64,000 nt of DNA from Escherichia coli O157 typing phage 13, in sequence record KP869111. One strand, written 5' to 3'. A program made the position numbers and the translations under genes. This document shows positions 9,283-20,695 of this stretch, piece by piece (position 1 is the stretch's first letter; every line of letters begins with the position of its first letter). Below the pieces are notes generated by a model that saw nothing but the letters and a program-made list of their open reading frames with translations, was not told the origin of the DNA and did no database searches.

Positions 9283-9908
9283 TATAGTAACTCAAAGAAT
9301 TCTTTGAGGCCTCGTATTGTGTGAACGTGTGACGCCCCACATTTGGGACATTTAATAGGGGTTGCTAGATAAATTGATGGTGATACTAAAAGATTTTTAA
9401 TATTGATCATGTCATCTTCCGTTATAAGGCCATAAAGGTCGTTTATTTCTGCTTCAGTTAAATCTTCAACAGGGATGGACTCTCCATTGACAAAAACGGC
9501 CTCAATACATGAAGCAATCATTAATGCGATATTTTTATCGTCAAATAATTTAGGTTGACGGAACTTAATTTTAATACCGCTGAACGAATACCAGGGATCG
9601 GCCTGTTCATCTAATTGAGTGTGCAATAAATTCATATAGACTTGAAATGAATGCCCACAGGAACAATTCCAGGTGTGTTCTTGATTCACTTCACCTAATG
9701 AATGTGCCCACAGATTTACCAACAATAACTCGGCTTCTTGTTTAGTCAAGTTTTTAGCATTAGAGCAATTAGTGATAATATTGTTCACTGCTGATTCAAT
9801 AGTACCGGTAGCCCGCGCACCTATGAGTCCTAAATATTCTTTTAAAGTAAAGGCTCTACAATTCACTTCTTTATCGCCTAAACGTACGGTAAACGTATAT
9901 TTGTACAT
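9282..9908 (-). CDS. 26: Baseplate hub protein gp26
   Basis: 208 aa as in T4; ATGA overlap with gene 25. Confidence 0.9.
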   Translation of the reverse strand: MYKYTFTVRLGDKEVNCRAFTLKEYLGLIGARATGTIESAVNNIITNCSNAKNLTKQEAELLLVNLWAHSLGEVNQEHTWNCSCGHSFQVYMNLLHTQLDEQADPWYSFSGIKIKFRQPKLFDDKNIALMIASCIEAVFVNGESIPVEDLTEAEINDLYGLITEDDMINIKNLLVSPSIYLATPIKCPKCGASHVHTIRGLKEFFELL

Positions 9909-9926
9909 GTTAACTCCTTTATTGTG

Positions 9927-9938
9927 TATTTATAAATA
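9927..9938. promoter_or_regulatory. Overlapping divergent late promoters (TATTTATAAATA)
   Basis: Plus strand TATAAATA (9931-9938) for gene 51 and its reverse-complement TATAAATA (9927-9934) for gene 26 share one palindromic core. Confidence 0.55.
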
Positions 9939-9955
9939 ATAGAAAAGGAGTAATT

Positions 9956-10708
9956 ATGGCTAATATAATTCGTTGTAAATTACCGGATGGTGTTCATCGT
10001 TTTAAGCCGTTCACTGTGGCGGATTATAGAGACTTTTTACTAGTTAGAAATGATATCGAACATCGTTCGCCGCAAGAACAAAAAGAAATAATTGCCGATC
10101 TGATTGATGATTATTTTGGCGAGTACCCTAAAACATGGCAACCATTTATATTCCTGCAAGTTTTTGCAGGCTCTATAGGCAAAACAAAAGTTCCCGTTAT
10201 TTTCACTTGCCCTAAATGCTCTAAAGAAAAAACTGCACCATTTGAGATATATCAAAAAGAACTAGTCGAACCTGAACTTGATGTTGCTGGTATAAAAATA
10301 CGTTTTTCTTTCCCTGAAAAGTTTTATGACAATAAAGCATTAATGATAAGTGAAAACATAAAAGAAATATATTATAATGATGAATGGTACCCATGGAATG
10401 ATTTGACTGAAGAGAACCAAATCCAAGTAATAGAAGCAATAGACATTGACTCGCTCGAGAAGGTTATTGCTTCTATGAATCCTATTAATTTGACCCTTAG
10501 ATTAGGTTGTTGTGAACGTCATGTTAAAACATACACTGATATCTTAGAGGTTTTTAAATTGTTAGTTAACCCTGATGAGATTTTTACATTCTATCAGATA
10601 AACCATTCACTAGTAAAGAGTCAATACACATTGGATTCTATTATGCAAATGATTCCTGTTGAACGTGGTATTGCTTTAACATTAGTAGAAAAGGACCATA
10701 AAAAATGA
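9956..10708 (+). CDS. 51: Baseplate hub assembly catalyst gp51
   Basis: 250 aa versus 249 in T4; position between genes 26 and 27. Confidence 0.9.
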   Translation: MANIIRCKLPDGVHRFKPFTVADYRDFLLVRNDIEHRSPQEQKEIIADLIDDYFGEYPKTWQPFIFLQVFAGSIGKTKVPVIFTCPKCSKEKTAPFEIYQKELVEPELDVAGIKIRFSFPEKFYDNKALMISENIKEIYYNDEWYPWNDLTEENQIQVIEAIDIDSLEKVIASMNPINLTLRLGCCERHVKTYTDILEVFKLLVNPDEIFTFYQINHSLVKSQYTLDSIMQMIPVERGIALTLVEKDHKK

Positions 10709-11877
10709 CAGTATTCCAACGTCCAGGATATCCTAACTTAAGCGTTAAATTATACCAAGATTATTCTGCTTGGCAAGAAAATAGATACGTTGAACTCGCA
10801 GCAACAATAACAACTTTAACCATGCGAGATTCACTATATGGAAGAAATGAAGGGATTCTTCAATTTTATGACACTAAAAACATCCACACTAAAATGGATG
10901 GTAGACAGATAGTTCAAATCTCTGTTTCAAATTCAAACACACCTCTCCAAGTTAGAACTCGAATTTACGGATGTAGACATTATTCTGTGTCTGTGGACTC
11001 AAAAGGCGACAATATTATTGCAATTGAGCTTGGAACAATACATTCTATAGAGAACCTTAAATTTGGGCGTCCATTCTTCCCAGACGCAGGCGAATCTATA
11101 CGTGAAATGTTAGGTGTCATATACAAAGACCGTACGTTAATTACTCCGCCAATAAACACTATTAATGCTTATGTTCCTGATATTCCTTGGACAAGCACAT
11201 TTGATGATTATTTGGCATATGTCAGAGAATTAGGACTTGCTACAGCGAGTGATAAGTTCGTATTCGTATGGCAAGATATTTTAGGCGTAAACATGATTGA
11301 CTACGATACTCTTATTGGTCAAGAAGGCATTAAGATGATTGTAGGCGAGCCAAATACTGTAGGTCAGTATATTCAAGAGCTTGAGTATCCATTAGTATGG
11401 GATTTCACCTGGATGACTAAAGCCAACCAATTTACAAGAGACCCTATTAAAAACGCCACAATATTCGCTCATTCATTTTTAGATACATCTATTCCGGTTA
11501 TTGTTACAGGCGATGGTGATAATGCTATTGTTGTGTCAAGATCCGGCGGATATTCCGAAATGACCTATCGTAATGGATTTGAAGAAGCAAGTCGTCTTCA
11601 GACAATGGCTCAATATGATGGATATGCTAAATGCACTACTACAGGCAATTTTAACATAACGCCTGCTACTAAAATTATATTTGTTGACCAAAAGAACCAA
11701 TTCAAATCCGAATTTTACGTAGATGAAGTTATTCATGAGTTATCAAATAACAACTCACAAACTCATCTGTACATGTTTACCAACTCAATGGTGTTAGAAC
11801 CTGTTAACCCAGTTAAGGTTAAAAATGAACTTAAATCTGATTCTACCTCTAAAGAAAATAATTCTACCACAGTCTAA
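10705..11877 (+). CDS. 27: Baseplate hub protein gp27
   Basis: 390 aa versus 391 in T4; conserved synteny. Confidence 0.92.
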   Translation: MTVFQRPGYPNLSVKLYQDYSAWQENRYVELAATITTLTMRDSLYGRNEGILQFYDTKNIHTKMDGRQIVQISVSNSNTPLQVRTRIYGCRHYSVSVDSKGDNIIAIELGTIHSIENLKFGRPFFPDAGESIREMLGVIYKDRTLITPPINTINAYVPDIPWTSTFDDYLAYVRELGLATASDKFVFVWQDILGVNMIDYDTLIGQEGIKMIVGEPNTVGQYIQELEYPLVWDFTWMTKANQFTRDPIKNATIFAHSFLDTSIPVIVTGDGDNAIVVSRSGGYSEMTYRNGFEEASRLQTMAQYDGYAKCTTTGNFNITPATKIIFVDQKNQFKSEFYVDEVIHELSNNNSQTHLYMFTNSMVLEPVNPVKVKNELKSDSTSKENNSTTV

Positions 11878-12358
11878 TAAAAAGGTAATGATTCCCAAAT
11901 TAGGGCTCAAACATTATAATCTTTTAAAGGACGTTAAAGGCCCTGATGAAAACATGAAAATCTTAGCTGATTCTATTTGTAAAAATATGAGTCCCGCAGA
12001 TTTTGATTTTGCATGTCTACACATATTGGAATTTAATAACAAACTTAAGTCTGAAGTTGAAAAAGACGGATTCACATATAAGCTAGATGACGTCTATGTA
12101 TGCCAACGAACAGAATTCCAATTCCAAGGCAATACTTTTTATTTTAGACCTCCAGGCAAATTTGAACAATTCGCTACAATCAGTGAAATGCTATCAAATT
12201 GCTTAATAAAAGTTAATGACGAAGAGAAAGAAATTTCTTTCCTTGAGATGCCTGCTTTTGTAATCAAATGGGCAGAAGACCTTTCGACAACTATTGCTAT
12301 TCCAGGCCCTAATGGTCCTATTAAGGGTATAGCAGAAATTATTGGATTGCTTGAATGA
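11825..12358 (+). CDS. 28: Baseplate hub distal protein gp28
   Basis: 177 aa as in T4; overlaps the gp27 3' end as in T4. Confidence 0.85.
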   Translation: MNLNLILPLKKIILPQSNKKVMIPKLGLKHYNLLKDVKGPDENMKILADSICKNMSPADFDFACLHILEFNNKLKSEVEKDGFTYKLDDVYVCQRTEFQFQGNTFYFRPPGKFEQFATISEMLSNCLIKVNDEEKEISFLEMPAFVIKWAEDLSTTIAIPGPNGPIKGIAEIIGLLE

Positions 12359-14127
12359 AACCTGAAGAAATGAAATCCATGCGTAGAAATAAGGTCATTG
12401 CCGATAATAAACCACAAAAAGTAGCTGCAACAGCAGCTACCGATTCATTAGAAGCATTGAATAACATTTCATCAAAACTAGACGATGTCCAAGCTGCGTC
12501 TGAACTCACATCACAAAGTGTAGAAGATAAAGGCAATGGAATTATTGAATCAATTGGAGACTTAAAGAATTCGACAGATAATACTGCTGAAGGCACAGAG
12601 CTTATCGCAGAAGTTATTGAAAAACAAACTGAAGTCACTAAAAGTATAAACGAAGTTTCTAATGCAATAAACTCTAAGTTAGACCGATTAGCTACATTAT
12701 TAGAGCAAAAATTACAAACATCTACCGCTATTCAAAATACAGGAGGCACCTCTCTTGAAGTAATTGAGAACGCAATACCTGTTAAAGTGGTTGAGAACGA
12801 AACTTCTGATGAGTTGTTTAAAGCATTACCTACACCTGAAAAGATTGATAATAAGCCAGACGAAGATTTCTTCCCAGCGCCGGTTCAAGAAAGTGCTAAT
12901 TCTACTTCCGATTCTAAAGGCGGAATTAGCTTTAAATTGAGCGATAAAATTGCAATGCTCACCAAAACAGTTCAAGCCGGGTTTAATAAATCAATATCCA
13001 TTTCAGACAGAATTGCTGGAATGCTTTTCAAATACACTATAACGGCTGCTATTGAAGCAGCAAAAATGGCTGCACTTATTCTTGGTATTGTTATTGGTAT
13101 TGATTTATTGATAGTCCATTTCAAATATTGGACAGACAAGTTCACTTCTGCCTGGGATTTATTTGATGAAAACTTTACTAAATTCTCCGATGAAGCTAAA
13201 GAGTGGGGTAAATTCTTAAGTGATATATTCACTTCTATTGACTCGATAAAACAATTGTGGGAAGCTGGAGACTGGGGTGGTTTAACCGTTGCTATTGTCA
13301 AAGGTGTAGGAACAGCATTAATGAACTTAGGTGAACTAATTCAATTAGGAATGGCTAAACTCTCCGCGTCTATATTGCGTGCTATAGGTTTTGGTGATAC
13401 CGCTGACGAAATAGAAGGACGTGCTTTAGAAGGATTCCAAGAAACTACTGGGAACAAATTAAAGAAAGAAGACCAAGAGAAAGTCGCTAAATATCAAATG
13501 AAGCGTGACGATGGGGAATTAGGAACCGTTTCTAAAGGTCTTGATATGTTACAACGCGGCAAAACATTCGTTACTAACTGGGTTCGTGGTAATGACAATA
13601 AAGAAGAGTTTAGTACAAGTGATGAGCGCGCTGCGGAATCAGCAAAATTAAAAGAGTTACCTGAAGAGGAACGTAAAGAGGCGTACATAAAAGCGAATGA
13701 AACTCGTGCTGCACTGGTTAGATTTGAGGATTATATCGATAAAATCGATATGACTAATCCAGAAAATGCTAAAAACGTCGAGAAGTCTTATGCTGATTTA
13801 AGTAAACTTATTAAAGACCCTGAACTTAATAAAACTCCTGTTGTTAAAAAGGAAATAGATGCTAGATTTGAAAAGCTAAATAATAAAATGGCTGAAGCCA
13901 AAAAGGCTCAGACAACAGTTAAGCCTGAATCTTCGACTAAATCTCCGGAAGCAAAACAAGTTCAGTCAATAGAGAAAGGACGTGCTTCTGAATCTAAACA
14001 ACAGCAACCGGTAGCGGCGATTAGTAACACAAATAATGTCGTCAAAAAGAATACCGTAGTCCAGAATATGACCCCTGTAACAAGTACAACGGCTCCTGGA
14101 ATTTTCCATGCCACCGGTGTTAATTAA
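12355..14127 (+). CDS. 29: Baseplate hub / tail length determinator gp29
   Basis: 590 aa as in T4; ATGA overlap with gene 28. Confidence 0.92.
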   Translation: MKPEEMKSMRRNKVIADNKPQKVAATAATDSLEALNNISSKLDDVQAASELTSQSVEDKGNGIIESIGDLKNSTDNTAEGTELIAEVIEKQTEVTKSINEVSNAINSKLDRLATLLEQKLQTSTAIQNTGGTSLEVIENAIPVKVVENETSDELFKALPTPEKIDNKPDEDFFPAPVQESANSTSDSKGGISFKLSDKIAMLTKTVQAGFNKSISISDRIAGMLFKYTITAAIEAAKMAALILGIVIGIDLLIVHFKYWTDKFTSAWDLFDENFTKFSDEAKEWGKFLSDIFTSIDSIKQLWEAGDWGGLTVAIVKGVGTALMNLGELIQLGMAKLSASILRAIGFGDTADEIEGRALEGFQETTGNKLKKEDQEKVAKYQMKRDDGELGTVSKGLDMLQRGKTFVTNWVRGNDNKEEFSTSDERAAESAKLKELPEEERKEAYIKANETRAALVRFEDYIDKIDMTNPENAKNVEKSYADLSKLIKDPELNKTPVVKKEIDARFEKLNNKMAEAKKAQTTVKPESSTKSPEAKQVQSIEKGRASESKQQQPVAAISNTNNVVKKNTVVQNMTPVTSTTAPGIFHATGVN

Positions 14128-14135
14128 GGATTATT

Positions 14136-15245
14136 ATGATTAGTGTAAAAGAAATAGTAGTAGATGCAAAGGATTTAAATAAAGCAATCCCAGTCTCAGA
14201 AAGTGCTGGGCAAAGCACTAAAACCGAAACAACTACTAAAACTTATGTTGCTCAATTTCCTACAGGAAGAGCAGCCGGAAATGACTCCACAGGAGACTTC
14301 CAGGTAACAGACCTTTATAAGAATGGATTATTATTTACCGCGTACAATATGTCTGCACGCGATTCAGGATCCCTCAGGAATTTACGTCCGGCATACGCCG
14401 GGACTTCATCTAATGGTATCATATCAGATTTAACTGATAATGTGAAAGATGCAGTGACTAAATTCTCAAACGGATTGCTTCCTGCCGGAGCTAATAAATC
14501 TACTATAAATAAAACTCCTGTTGCTAATATACTTTTGCCACGTTCCAAATCTGACGTTGATACAACTTCACATCGTTTTAATGATATCGGTGATAGCCTT
14601 ATTACTAAAGGTGGAGGTACTGCTACGGGTGTTTTAAGTAACATTGCTTCTACTGCAGTTTTTGGTGCATTAGATTCTATTACTCAAGGGCTTATGGCTG
14701 ATAATAACGAACAGATTTATACGACTTCTCGTAGTATGTATGGCGGTGCTGAGAACCGTACTAAAGTCTTTACATGGGATTTAACTCCGCGTTCAACTGA
14801 AGACCTTATGGCTATTATAAACATTTACCAGTATTTTAACTATTTCTCATATGGTGAGACCGGTAAATCACAGTACGCCCAAGAGATTAAAAGTTATTTA
14901 GACGAATGGTACCGTTCAACGTTTATTGAGCCTATGACGCCAGATGATGCAGTAAAAAATAAGACATTGTTTGAAAAGATTACTGCGTCATTAACAAACG
15001 TATTAGTTGTAAGCAACCCTACAATTTGGATGGTTAAAAACTTTGGTTATACATCTAAATTTGATGGATTAACTGACGTATTTGGTCCATGCCAAATTCA
15101 AAGTGTACGTTTTGATAAAACTCCAAATGGACAATTTAATGGTCTCGCTGTTGCTCCTAACTTACCGTCAACATTTACGTTAGAGATAACAATGCGAGAA
15201 ATTATTACATTAAACCGTTCTTCACTTTATGCGGGGACTTTCTAA
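14136..15245 (+). CDS. 48: Baseplate tail-tube junction protein gp48
   Basis: 369 aa versus 364 in T4; conserved position. Confidence 0.9.
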   Translation: MISVKEIVVDAKDLNKAIPVSESAGQSTKTETTTKTYVAQFPTGRAAGNDSTGDFQVTDLYKNGLLFTAYNMSARDSGSLRNLRPAYAGTSSNGIISDLTDNVKDAVTKFSNGLLPAGANKSTINKTPVANILLPRSKSDVDTTSHRFNDIGDSLITKGGGTATGVLSNIASTAVFGALDSITQGLMADNNEQIYTTSRSMYGGAENRTKVFTWDLTPRSTEDLMAIINIYQYFNYFSYGETGKSQYAQEIKSYLDEWYRSTFIEPMTPDDAVKNKTLFEKITASLTNVLVVSNPTIWMVKNFGYTSKFDGLTDVFGPCQIQSVRFDKTPNGQFNGLAVAPNLPSTFTLEITMREIITLNRSSLYAGTF

Positions 15246-16207
15246 TGTACTCTTTAGAAGAATTTAATAACCAAGCTATAAATGCAGATTTCCAACGAAA
15301 CAATATGTTTAGTTGTGTATTTGCTACTACACCATCGACTAAATCATCTTCACTAATTTCGTCAATTGGTAGTTTTGCTTATAATAACTTAGGGTTGGAT
15401 TCTGATTGGTTAGGATTAACTCGAGGTGATATCAATCAGGGTGTAACAACCCTGATTACAGCAGGAACACAGAAATTAATTCGAAAATCAGGTATAAGTA
15501 AATATCTGATTGGAGCAATGAGTCAACGTACGGTACAAAGCTTGTTAGGTGAGTTCACAGTCGGAGCTTATCTGATAGACTTCTTCAATATGGCATATAA
15601 TAATACAGGTTTAATGATTTATTCTGTAAAAATGCCTGAGAACCGATTATCGTATGAAACAGATTTCAACTATAACTCCCCGAACATCCGAATTACCGGT
15701 CGTGAAATGGACCCGTTAGTAATAAGCTTTAGAATGGATTCCGAAGCATCTAACTTTAGAGCAATGCAAGACTGGGTAAACTCGGTCCAAGACCCTGTAA
15801 CAGGTCTTCGTGCTTTACCACAAGACGTCGAAGCGGATATTCAGGTTAATTTACATGCACGAAATGGTTTACCACATACCGCTGTCATGTTCACTGGATG
15901 TATTCCTGTTAGCGTCTCTTCTCCTGAGTTAACGTATGATGGTGATAACCAAATAACAGTTTTTGACGTAACATTTGCTTATCGCGTTATGCAATCAGGT
16001 GCTGTAAATAGACAGGCTGCTTTAGAATGGCTGGAATCAGGACTTATTAGTAGTGTTTCAGGAATGTTTGGGAATAATCAAAATGATTCTGGGCTAGGAA
16101 GTGCAGTATCAAGACTTTCTAGATTAGGTGGGACTGCTGGAGGTGTGTCTAATATAAACACATTGACAGGTGTGGTGAATTCTGCATCAAGAGTTTTAGG
16201 TCTATAA
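15245..16207 (+). CDS. 54: Baseplate tail-tube initiator gp54
   Basis: 320 aa as in T4; follows gene 48. Confidence 0.9.
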   Translation: MYSLEEFNNQAINADFQRNNMFSCVFATTPSTKSSSLISSIGSFAYNNLGLDSDWLGLTRGDINQGVTTLITAGTQKLIRKSGISKYLIGAMSQRTVQSLLGEFTVGAYLIDFFNMAYNNTGLMIYSVKMPENRLSYETDFNYNSPNIRITGREMDPLVISFRMDSEASNFRAMQDWVNSVQDPVTGLRALPQDVEADIQVNLHARNGLPHTAVMFTGCIPVSVSSPELTYDGDNQITVFDVTFAYRVMQSGAVNRQAALEWLESGLISSVSGMFGNNQNDSGLGSAVSRLSRLGGTAGGVSNINTLTGVVNSASRVLGL

Positions 16208-16208
16208 G

Positions 16209-16237
16209 AAAAAAAAAGGGAGACGTTGTCTCCCTTT
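16209..16237. terminator. Bidirectional terminator between gene 54 and the alt-proximal gene
   Basis: A9 run, stem GGGAGAC-GUU-GUCUCCC, U-rich tract; between convergent genes. Confidence 0.6.
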
Positions 16238-16243
16238 AGGGGT

Positions 16244-16537
16244 TTATTTACGGAATGAAAGAAATGCTGGTGCTCGGAATGGAGTATCATCTTTAGAGTA
16301 TTTAACTAATACGACCATTGGTACCTCTGTTTCTAAATGACCTGTCAGTACACCGATAAAAATTTGATCAGTGTGTTCAGGGTCACGAAAGTTTTTAAGA
16401 GGTTCCATAGCAATATGGAATGCACCTGGGAATACTCGATTCAATTCGTCAATCACAGCTTCGTTAAAAACATCATCCGCTGGGATAGCATCTTCAACTA
16501 CTAGTTCTTGACCATTAAAGCGAAGCATAGATTTCAT
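16244..16537 (-). CDS. Hypothetical 97-aa protein (alt-adjacent)
   Basis: Start trimmed to MKSMLRFNGQ... with SD GAGGAG; early promoter just upstream; the longer ORF-track version lacks an SD. Confidence 0.55.
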   Translation of the reverse strand: MKSMLRFNGQELVVEDAIPADDVFNEAVIDELNRVFPGAFHIAMEPLKNFRDPEHTDQIFIGVLTGHLETEVPMVVLVKYSKDDTPFRAPAFLSFRK

Positions 16538-16559
16538 AACGTTCTCCTCATGTTGTTGA

Positions 16560-16596
16560 TAGGATGATAGTATCACACATCCATGTGCTTGTAAAC
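16560..16596 (-). promoter_or_regulatory. T4-type early promoter
   Basis: Minus strand GTTTACaagcacatggatgtgtgaTACTATcatcctatcaac; overlaps the alt stop region. Confidence 0.45.
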
Positions 16597-18683
16597 TATC
16601 CTTGAACAAATTTAAACGGAACCGATTCCAAATCCATTAAAGATGCTAACAGTTTCAATCCTTTAGGAGCACTAGTTTTTTCTACAAATGAGGAGAACGA
16701 TACCGGCTCATCCGATTCGATTTCACCCGTCATAGCAACCACCTCGCCTGTTTCCATGAGAACATCACCATCGTAAATTACAGCTTCGTCCAACTGGTCT
16801 GAGGACATAACTTCAGCTTGAATAAATTTAAGGTTGGATTCTAAACCTGCACCAGTGTCAGATGACGCATCTGTAATTTTATTTATCTGCAAGAGAATGC
16901 CTCTAGGCAAAATAATTTCTTGCTCATTAGGGTGATTACTCAACTGTCCTGGATAAATCACGTTAACTTTATGGGCGCCGTCAATAGCCCATCCAACGTT
17001 AACACGGATTTGTTCTGGTGCATGCATAGCTGTTCTTACTTGACTAGGAGAAATAGTAACACCTTCGTCATTATTGTCAATGTTAAGCTCTTTGCGAACT
17101 TCTTCAGGAGCAAGTCCAAGGGCAACGTTCTCTTTAAACCCGCCAAAAATAATAGGAGCTAATGAAGTAGAAACATAGTTTCTGAAGTAGAATACCTTAT
17201 TTTTAACCATTGCTTCGTAAATAGGCATTCTGATAGACTGGGCTCTATACAACGTTAGTCCTTCAGGTAAACGGTCTCCATTTAAAAACGCCGAATCAAG
17301 ACCATCAATAGCGCGTTTAACTTCATCTTCATCTGCAACATCATAAAAATCCGGTTTATAACGGCCTAACAACATATTATTGATATCGGTATACGCAGAA
17401 GAGGCATATTCACGAATAGCTCGTTTTTCAGCAACAGAGTATTGTTTAGGGTCCCGATTCATTGTTATATTAAAGGTGCCTCTAGCCGATTCTCGTGCAT
17501 AAGTATACATCACATTAGACAAGAACGCTGATTTACGTTGTTTCCAAGTTTTTTCAGATACTTCAGCTAAAACGTCGTCAGCCAGTTGGAAATTATCTCG
17601 TCTAAAATCTTCAAACCATTCGTCTTTAATAGAGTCTGCAATTTCGTTTGCAGCTTCAACAAAAGCAGCTAATGCTTTAACAGATGTTGTTTTTTCAGTT
17701 TTAATTTTCTTAGCAAACTTTTCTAAAGTTGGCTTAATAACACTACCATAAGAAACTTCATCAGCAAATCTAAAGGATTCATCAATACGATTATAAATCT
17801 TATTTTCGATATCAGCAACTAGAGTGCCTTTTGCTGTAGACGATGCCTGGGCTAGTACGATTTCATATGCTTCAGGAAGTAATTCAGCTGTAGCTGGGCC
17901 ACTAACTTCTTTAGCAGAATTTTCGTATTTCTGGAATAACTCGCCTTCTTGGCGGTCAGCTTCTAAAGATTGACTTGCTGCAATAGCGCGACGAGAAATT
18001 TTAGTACGAGCAATAACAGGCTTATCTTTACGTTTTTCTTCTACAGCAGCAATAGAACCAGCGATAGCCGTTTCTTTGGTGACTTTTTCGCCAGTCTTTT
18101 TACTCACATAAACTTCACCAACATCAGAATCTACTTTCGTGTACAACTCTGTGTTAATGTTAGGGATGCCTTTAATATCTTCAATGTTGGCATTTTTACG
18201 AACCATCATCACATAGGTGTGTTTACCTGTGAATTGATACATTGCAGACAATACTTTAAAACGACCACCAGTTTTAGTAGAAACTAAACGAGCAAGAAGA
18301 GTTTGAAGTTGTTGTCCACGTCCTTTCAATTTCTTGGTAGGGAATCGGAACAAAACTGCATCCATACGAAGAGCTTTAACCTGTTCATACACTGTATTGA
18401 AAATGGTGTTGATTGCATCAATAGGAGCAGGACCAAGACCATTTTTTAATTCAGCGAGATTACCCTTTTCAGAAAGACTCATAATAACGACATGAGCGTA
18501 TTTGTCACCAAGTTTAACTTGTTTTACAGCATCGCCTTCGGAAAGGTAAGAGAATAAACGAACTACGATGTTTGTATCGATATCACCAATTTTCCAGACT
18601 TGTGGAACTTTAGCTTTAGGGTTCAAATTGACGACAGGAAGACTGCCTTCAGATTCAAACACTTCATTTAATTGTTCAGACAT
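16596..18683 (-). CDS. alt: Alt ADP-ribosyltransferase (virion-packaged)
   Basis: 695 aa versus 682 in T4; recognisable similarity to T4 Alt in N- and C-terminal regions; T4 position between 54 and 30. Confidence 0.9.
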   Translation of the reverse strand: MSEQLNEVFESEGSLPVVNLNPKAKVPQVWKIGDIDTNIVVRLFSYLSEGDAVKQVKLGDKYAHVVIMSLSEKGNLAELKNGLGPAPIDAINTIFNTVYEQVKALRMDAVLFRFPTKKLKGRGQQLQTLLARLVSTKTGGRFKVLSAMYQFTGKHTYVMMVRKNANIEDIKGIPNINTELYTKVDSDVGEVYVSKKTGEKVTKETAIAGSIAAVEEKRKDKPVIARTKISRRAIAASQSLEADRQEGELFQKYENSAKEVSGPATAELLPEAYEIVLAQASSTAKGTLVADIENKIYNRIDESFRFADEVSYGSVIKPTLEKFAKKIKTEKTTSVKALAAFVEAANEIADSIKDEWFEDFRRDNFQLADDVLAEVSEKTWKQRKSAFLSNVMYTYARESARGTFNITMNRDPKQYSVAEKRAIREYASSAYTDINNMLLGRYKPDFYDVADEDEVKRAIDGLDSAFLNGDRLPEGLTLYRAQSIRMPIYEAMVKNKVFYFRNYVSTSLAPIIFGGFKENVALGLAPEEVRKELNIDNNDEGVTISPSQVRTAMHAPEQIRVNVGWAIDGAHKVNVIYPGQLSNHPNEQEIILPRGILLQINKITDASSDTGAGLESNLKFIQAEVMSSDQLDEAVIYDGDVLMETGEVVAMTGEIESDEPVSFSSFVEKTSAPKGLKLLASLMDLESVPFKFVQG

Positions 18684-18723
18684 AGTGTTTTCCTTTTAGT
18701 AATAATTTATATTTATGCCAAAA

Positions 18724-18739
18724 AGAGCCCGAAGGCTCT
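18724..18739 (-). terminator. Stem-loop upstream of alt
   Basis: AGAGCC-CGAA-GGCUCU hairpin followed by UUUUUGG on the minus strand. Confidence 0.45.
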
Positions 18740-18948
18740 TAATCCACAATCAGGAACAAAGTACGATAAACTTCAAAATTAGGGCCTTTTTCGTACTTAT
18801 CAAAATTGTCCATAAAAATATTATAGGAATCGTTATTAGGAAAATCTAATACAATTTGGGAACAAGAGGTGGAAACGTCACCACCATCTTTATTAGCGAC
18901 AACTACTGTTTCTAAATAAGCTTTCATTATAAACCTGTCTGGGACCAC
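18739..18948 (-). CDS. Hypothetical 69-aa protein between gene 30 and alt
   Basis: ORF overlapping the gp30 3' end; T4 has alt.1 here; no motif recognised. Confidence 0.45.
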   Translation of the reverse strand: MVPDRFIMKAYLETVVVANKDGGDVSTSCSQIVLDFPNNDSYNIFMDNFDKYEKGPNFEVYRTLFLIVD

Positions 18949-20420
18949 GGTCCAAATACGTCTTCAAATGAATCCGCTTCTGTTTTATCAAAACGGAACC
19001 CTTTAATAATTGGAAGGAAAATACCTACAGTACCTTCACGGCCTTTAGAATGAACCCAACCATTACATTCGCAATCAGCAATACGTCCAATCAATTTACC
19101 TTCACGAGCTTCAGCCATTAATCGTTCACGGTCTAAATCATGACGCTCATCTAAAGGAATAAGAACCTTTACACCATCAACTGTTTTATGAGTTGTATCT
19201 TTAAACCCTGAACCACAATCGGTTGTAATACGACGACAACGTGATACGAGTTCGACACCACCTAATTTGTTAGGGTCTTTAGAGTGTTCGTAGTATCCTA
19301 CAACTTCTAAAGCGATATCAATAACTTCTTTAAATTTAATTAGGTTCTTAGAGCGTTTGTTTTCCCAATATGAATCACGGTTTTTAAGGATAATACCTTC
19401 AAGACCTTGGTCAACATATTTTTTATAAACCACTTTAGCTTCGTCAAGATTACGAACTAACTGATTTTCAATTGGCTCAATTCGCTTAAAGCCTTCAGCC
19501 ATATTTTCAAGAGCAGCAAAACGAACATCGTATTTCTGACCTTTAATTTTGCCATCAGAATAGACTTCATCTAAAGGAACATAGTCCCAGGCTTGAAGAA
19601 CCATACCTTCCGCTTCTTTAGGAGAAATAGTCCCTTGAAGAGATTTATTTGCTAAACCGTTTGAAGTGCTACGGTCTGCAACTTGTACTTCTTCAGATTC
19701 TTCATTATCGCCAAATAAGAACGACAGGTCATTTCCTGAGCTCACAGCCTTTTTAATATCAAATGAATGATAAACCAATTCACCGTCGATTAAAACCCCA
19801 TTAGGGTGTCTTTCACGGGCTTCTTTAGTCATTTCCATTAGTTCATCTGCTAATAGGGTAAGACCATGGTATTCATTACCAGCACGAGAAAAGAATTGAA
19901 CACCGTCATCACGAACTTCAGCGAAACAACGAGCACCATCTGCCTTTAATTGAGCAAATGCAGGCCATTTAATATTTTTAGTAATCAATTTCTCGTCATA
20001 TGCAGATGCTAACATCTGCGGTTGCAATTGAATAAGTCCAGGCCATACCTTATTCGCGATAGACACTGAAGCACCTACTTCAAGGTCTCGCATCATTACA
20101 CGGCGTAGTACTTCAACATCATCAGGTTTACCGTCGGCGATATAACCCATGAGCTCTTTAATTGCTGCATTACCAGTGAGTTTACGAGTGGCCAATGTGA
20201 ACTCAATAAAATCCAACATGTCATCTAATTCAAGAAGGCCATACGCTTGAGACCTTTCACCTGGTCCTGGCCATTTCTTAATATAATACTGAATGCCACG
20301 TGCATACGTTAAACGATATACACGTTCAAGTAATTTGTTGTCCTTATTTTTCTTAAGGATTTCCTGTTTTGTTTTAGTAGAACCGATCGCAGCTATTTGG
20401 TTTAAAATATCTAAAATCAT
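18927..20420 (-). CDS. 30: ATP-dependent DNA ligase gp30
   Basis: 497 aa; N-terminus MILDILNQIAAIGSTKTKQEILKKNKDN... and the adenylation motif KADGAR match T4 ligase. Confidence 0.95.
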   Translation of the reverse strand: MILDILNQIAAIGSTKTKQEILKKNKDNKLLERVYRLTYARGIQYYIKKWPGPGERSQAYGLLELDDMLDFIEFTLATRKLTGNAAIKELMGYIADGKPDDVEVLRRVMMRDLEVGASVSIANKVWPGLIQLQPQMLASAYDEKLITKNIKWPAFAQLKADGARCFAEVRDDGVQFFSRAGNEYHGLTLLADELMEMTKEARERHPNGVLIDGELVYHSFDIKKAVSSGNDLSFLFGDNEESEEVQVADRSTSNGLANKSLQGTISPKEAEGMVLQAWDYVPLDEVYSDGKIKGQKYDVRFAALENMAEGFKRIEPIENQLVRNLDEAKVVYKKYVDQGLEGIILKNRDSYWENKRSKNLIKFKEVIDIALEVVGYYEHSKDPNKLGGVELVSRCRRITTDCGSGFKDTTHKTVDGVKVLIPLDERHDLDRERLMAEAREGKLIGRIADCECNGWVHSKGREGTVGIFLPIIKGFRFDKTEADSFEDVFGPWSQTGL

Positions 20421-20686
20421 TTGATATCCTCGATTTTGGTTACGGTTCTATTATAAGCCACTTCATCTAGAAGCGATTTCAGCGTTTTCTGATAAGTGGT
20501 AATCCATTTACCGAGTCCTTCAACATAATATTCTGAAATGTAGATGAACCCTTGTTCAACACACTCTTTAAATATTTCTGCGTCTTTTACTGAACGAAAC
20601 ACCGGCCAGTCTCGAAAGAACATGTTAACATGACCGTAGTCACGTGTGGTGTTTTTGCCATCTGTAATATCATGAACTACAAACAT
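20417..20686 (-). CDS. Hypothetical protein (T4 30.1 position)
   Basis: 89-aa ORF with ATGA overlap to gene 30. Confidence 0.5.
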   Translation of the reverse strand: MFVVHDITDGKNTTRDYGHVNMFFRDWPVFRSVKDAEIFKECVEQGFIYISEYYVEGLGKWITTYQKTLKSLLDEVAYNRTVTKIEDIK

Positions 20687-20695
20687 AATTAGCCC

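Noticed and set aside
16244-16609. 121-aa version of the alt-adjacent ORF
   Set aside because: The upstream 24 codons overlap the alt 3' end and contain the promoter; the internal ATG with SD GAGGAG gives a 97-aa product.
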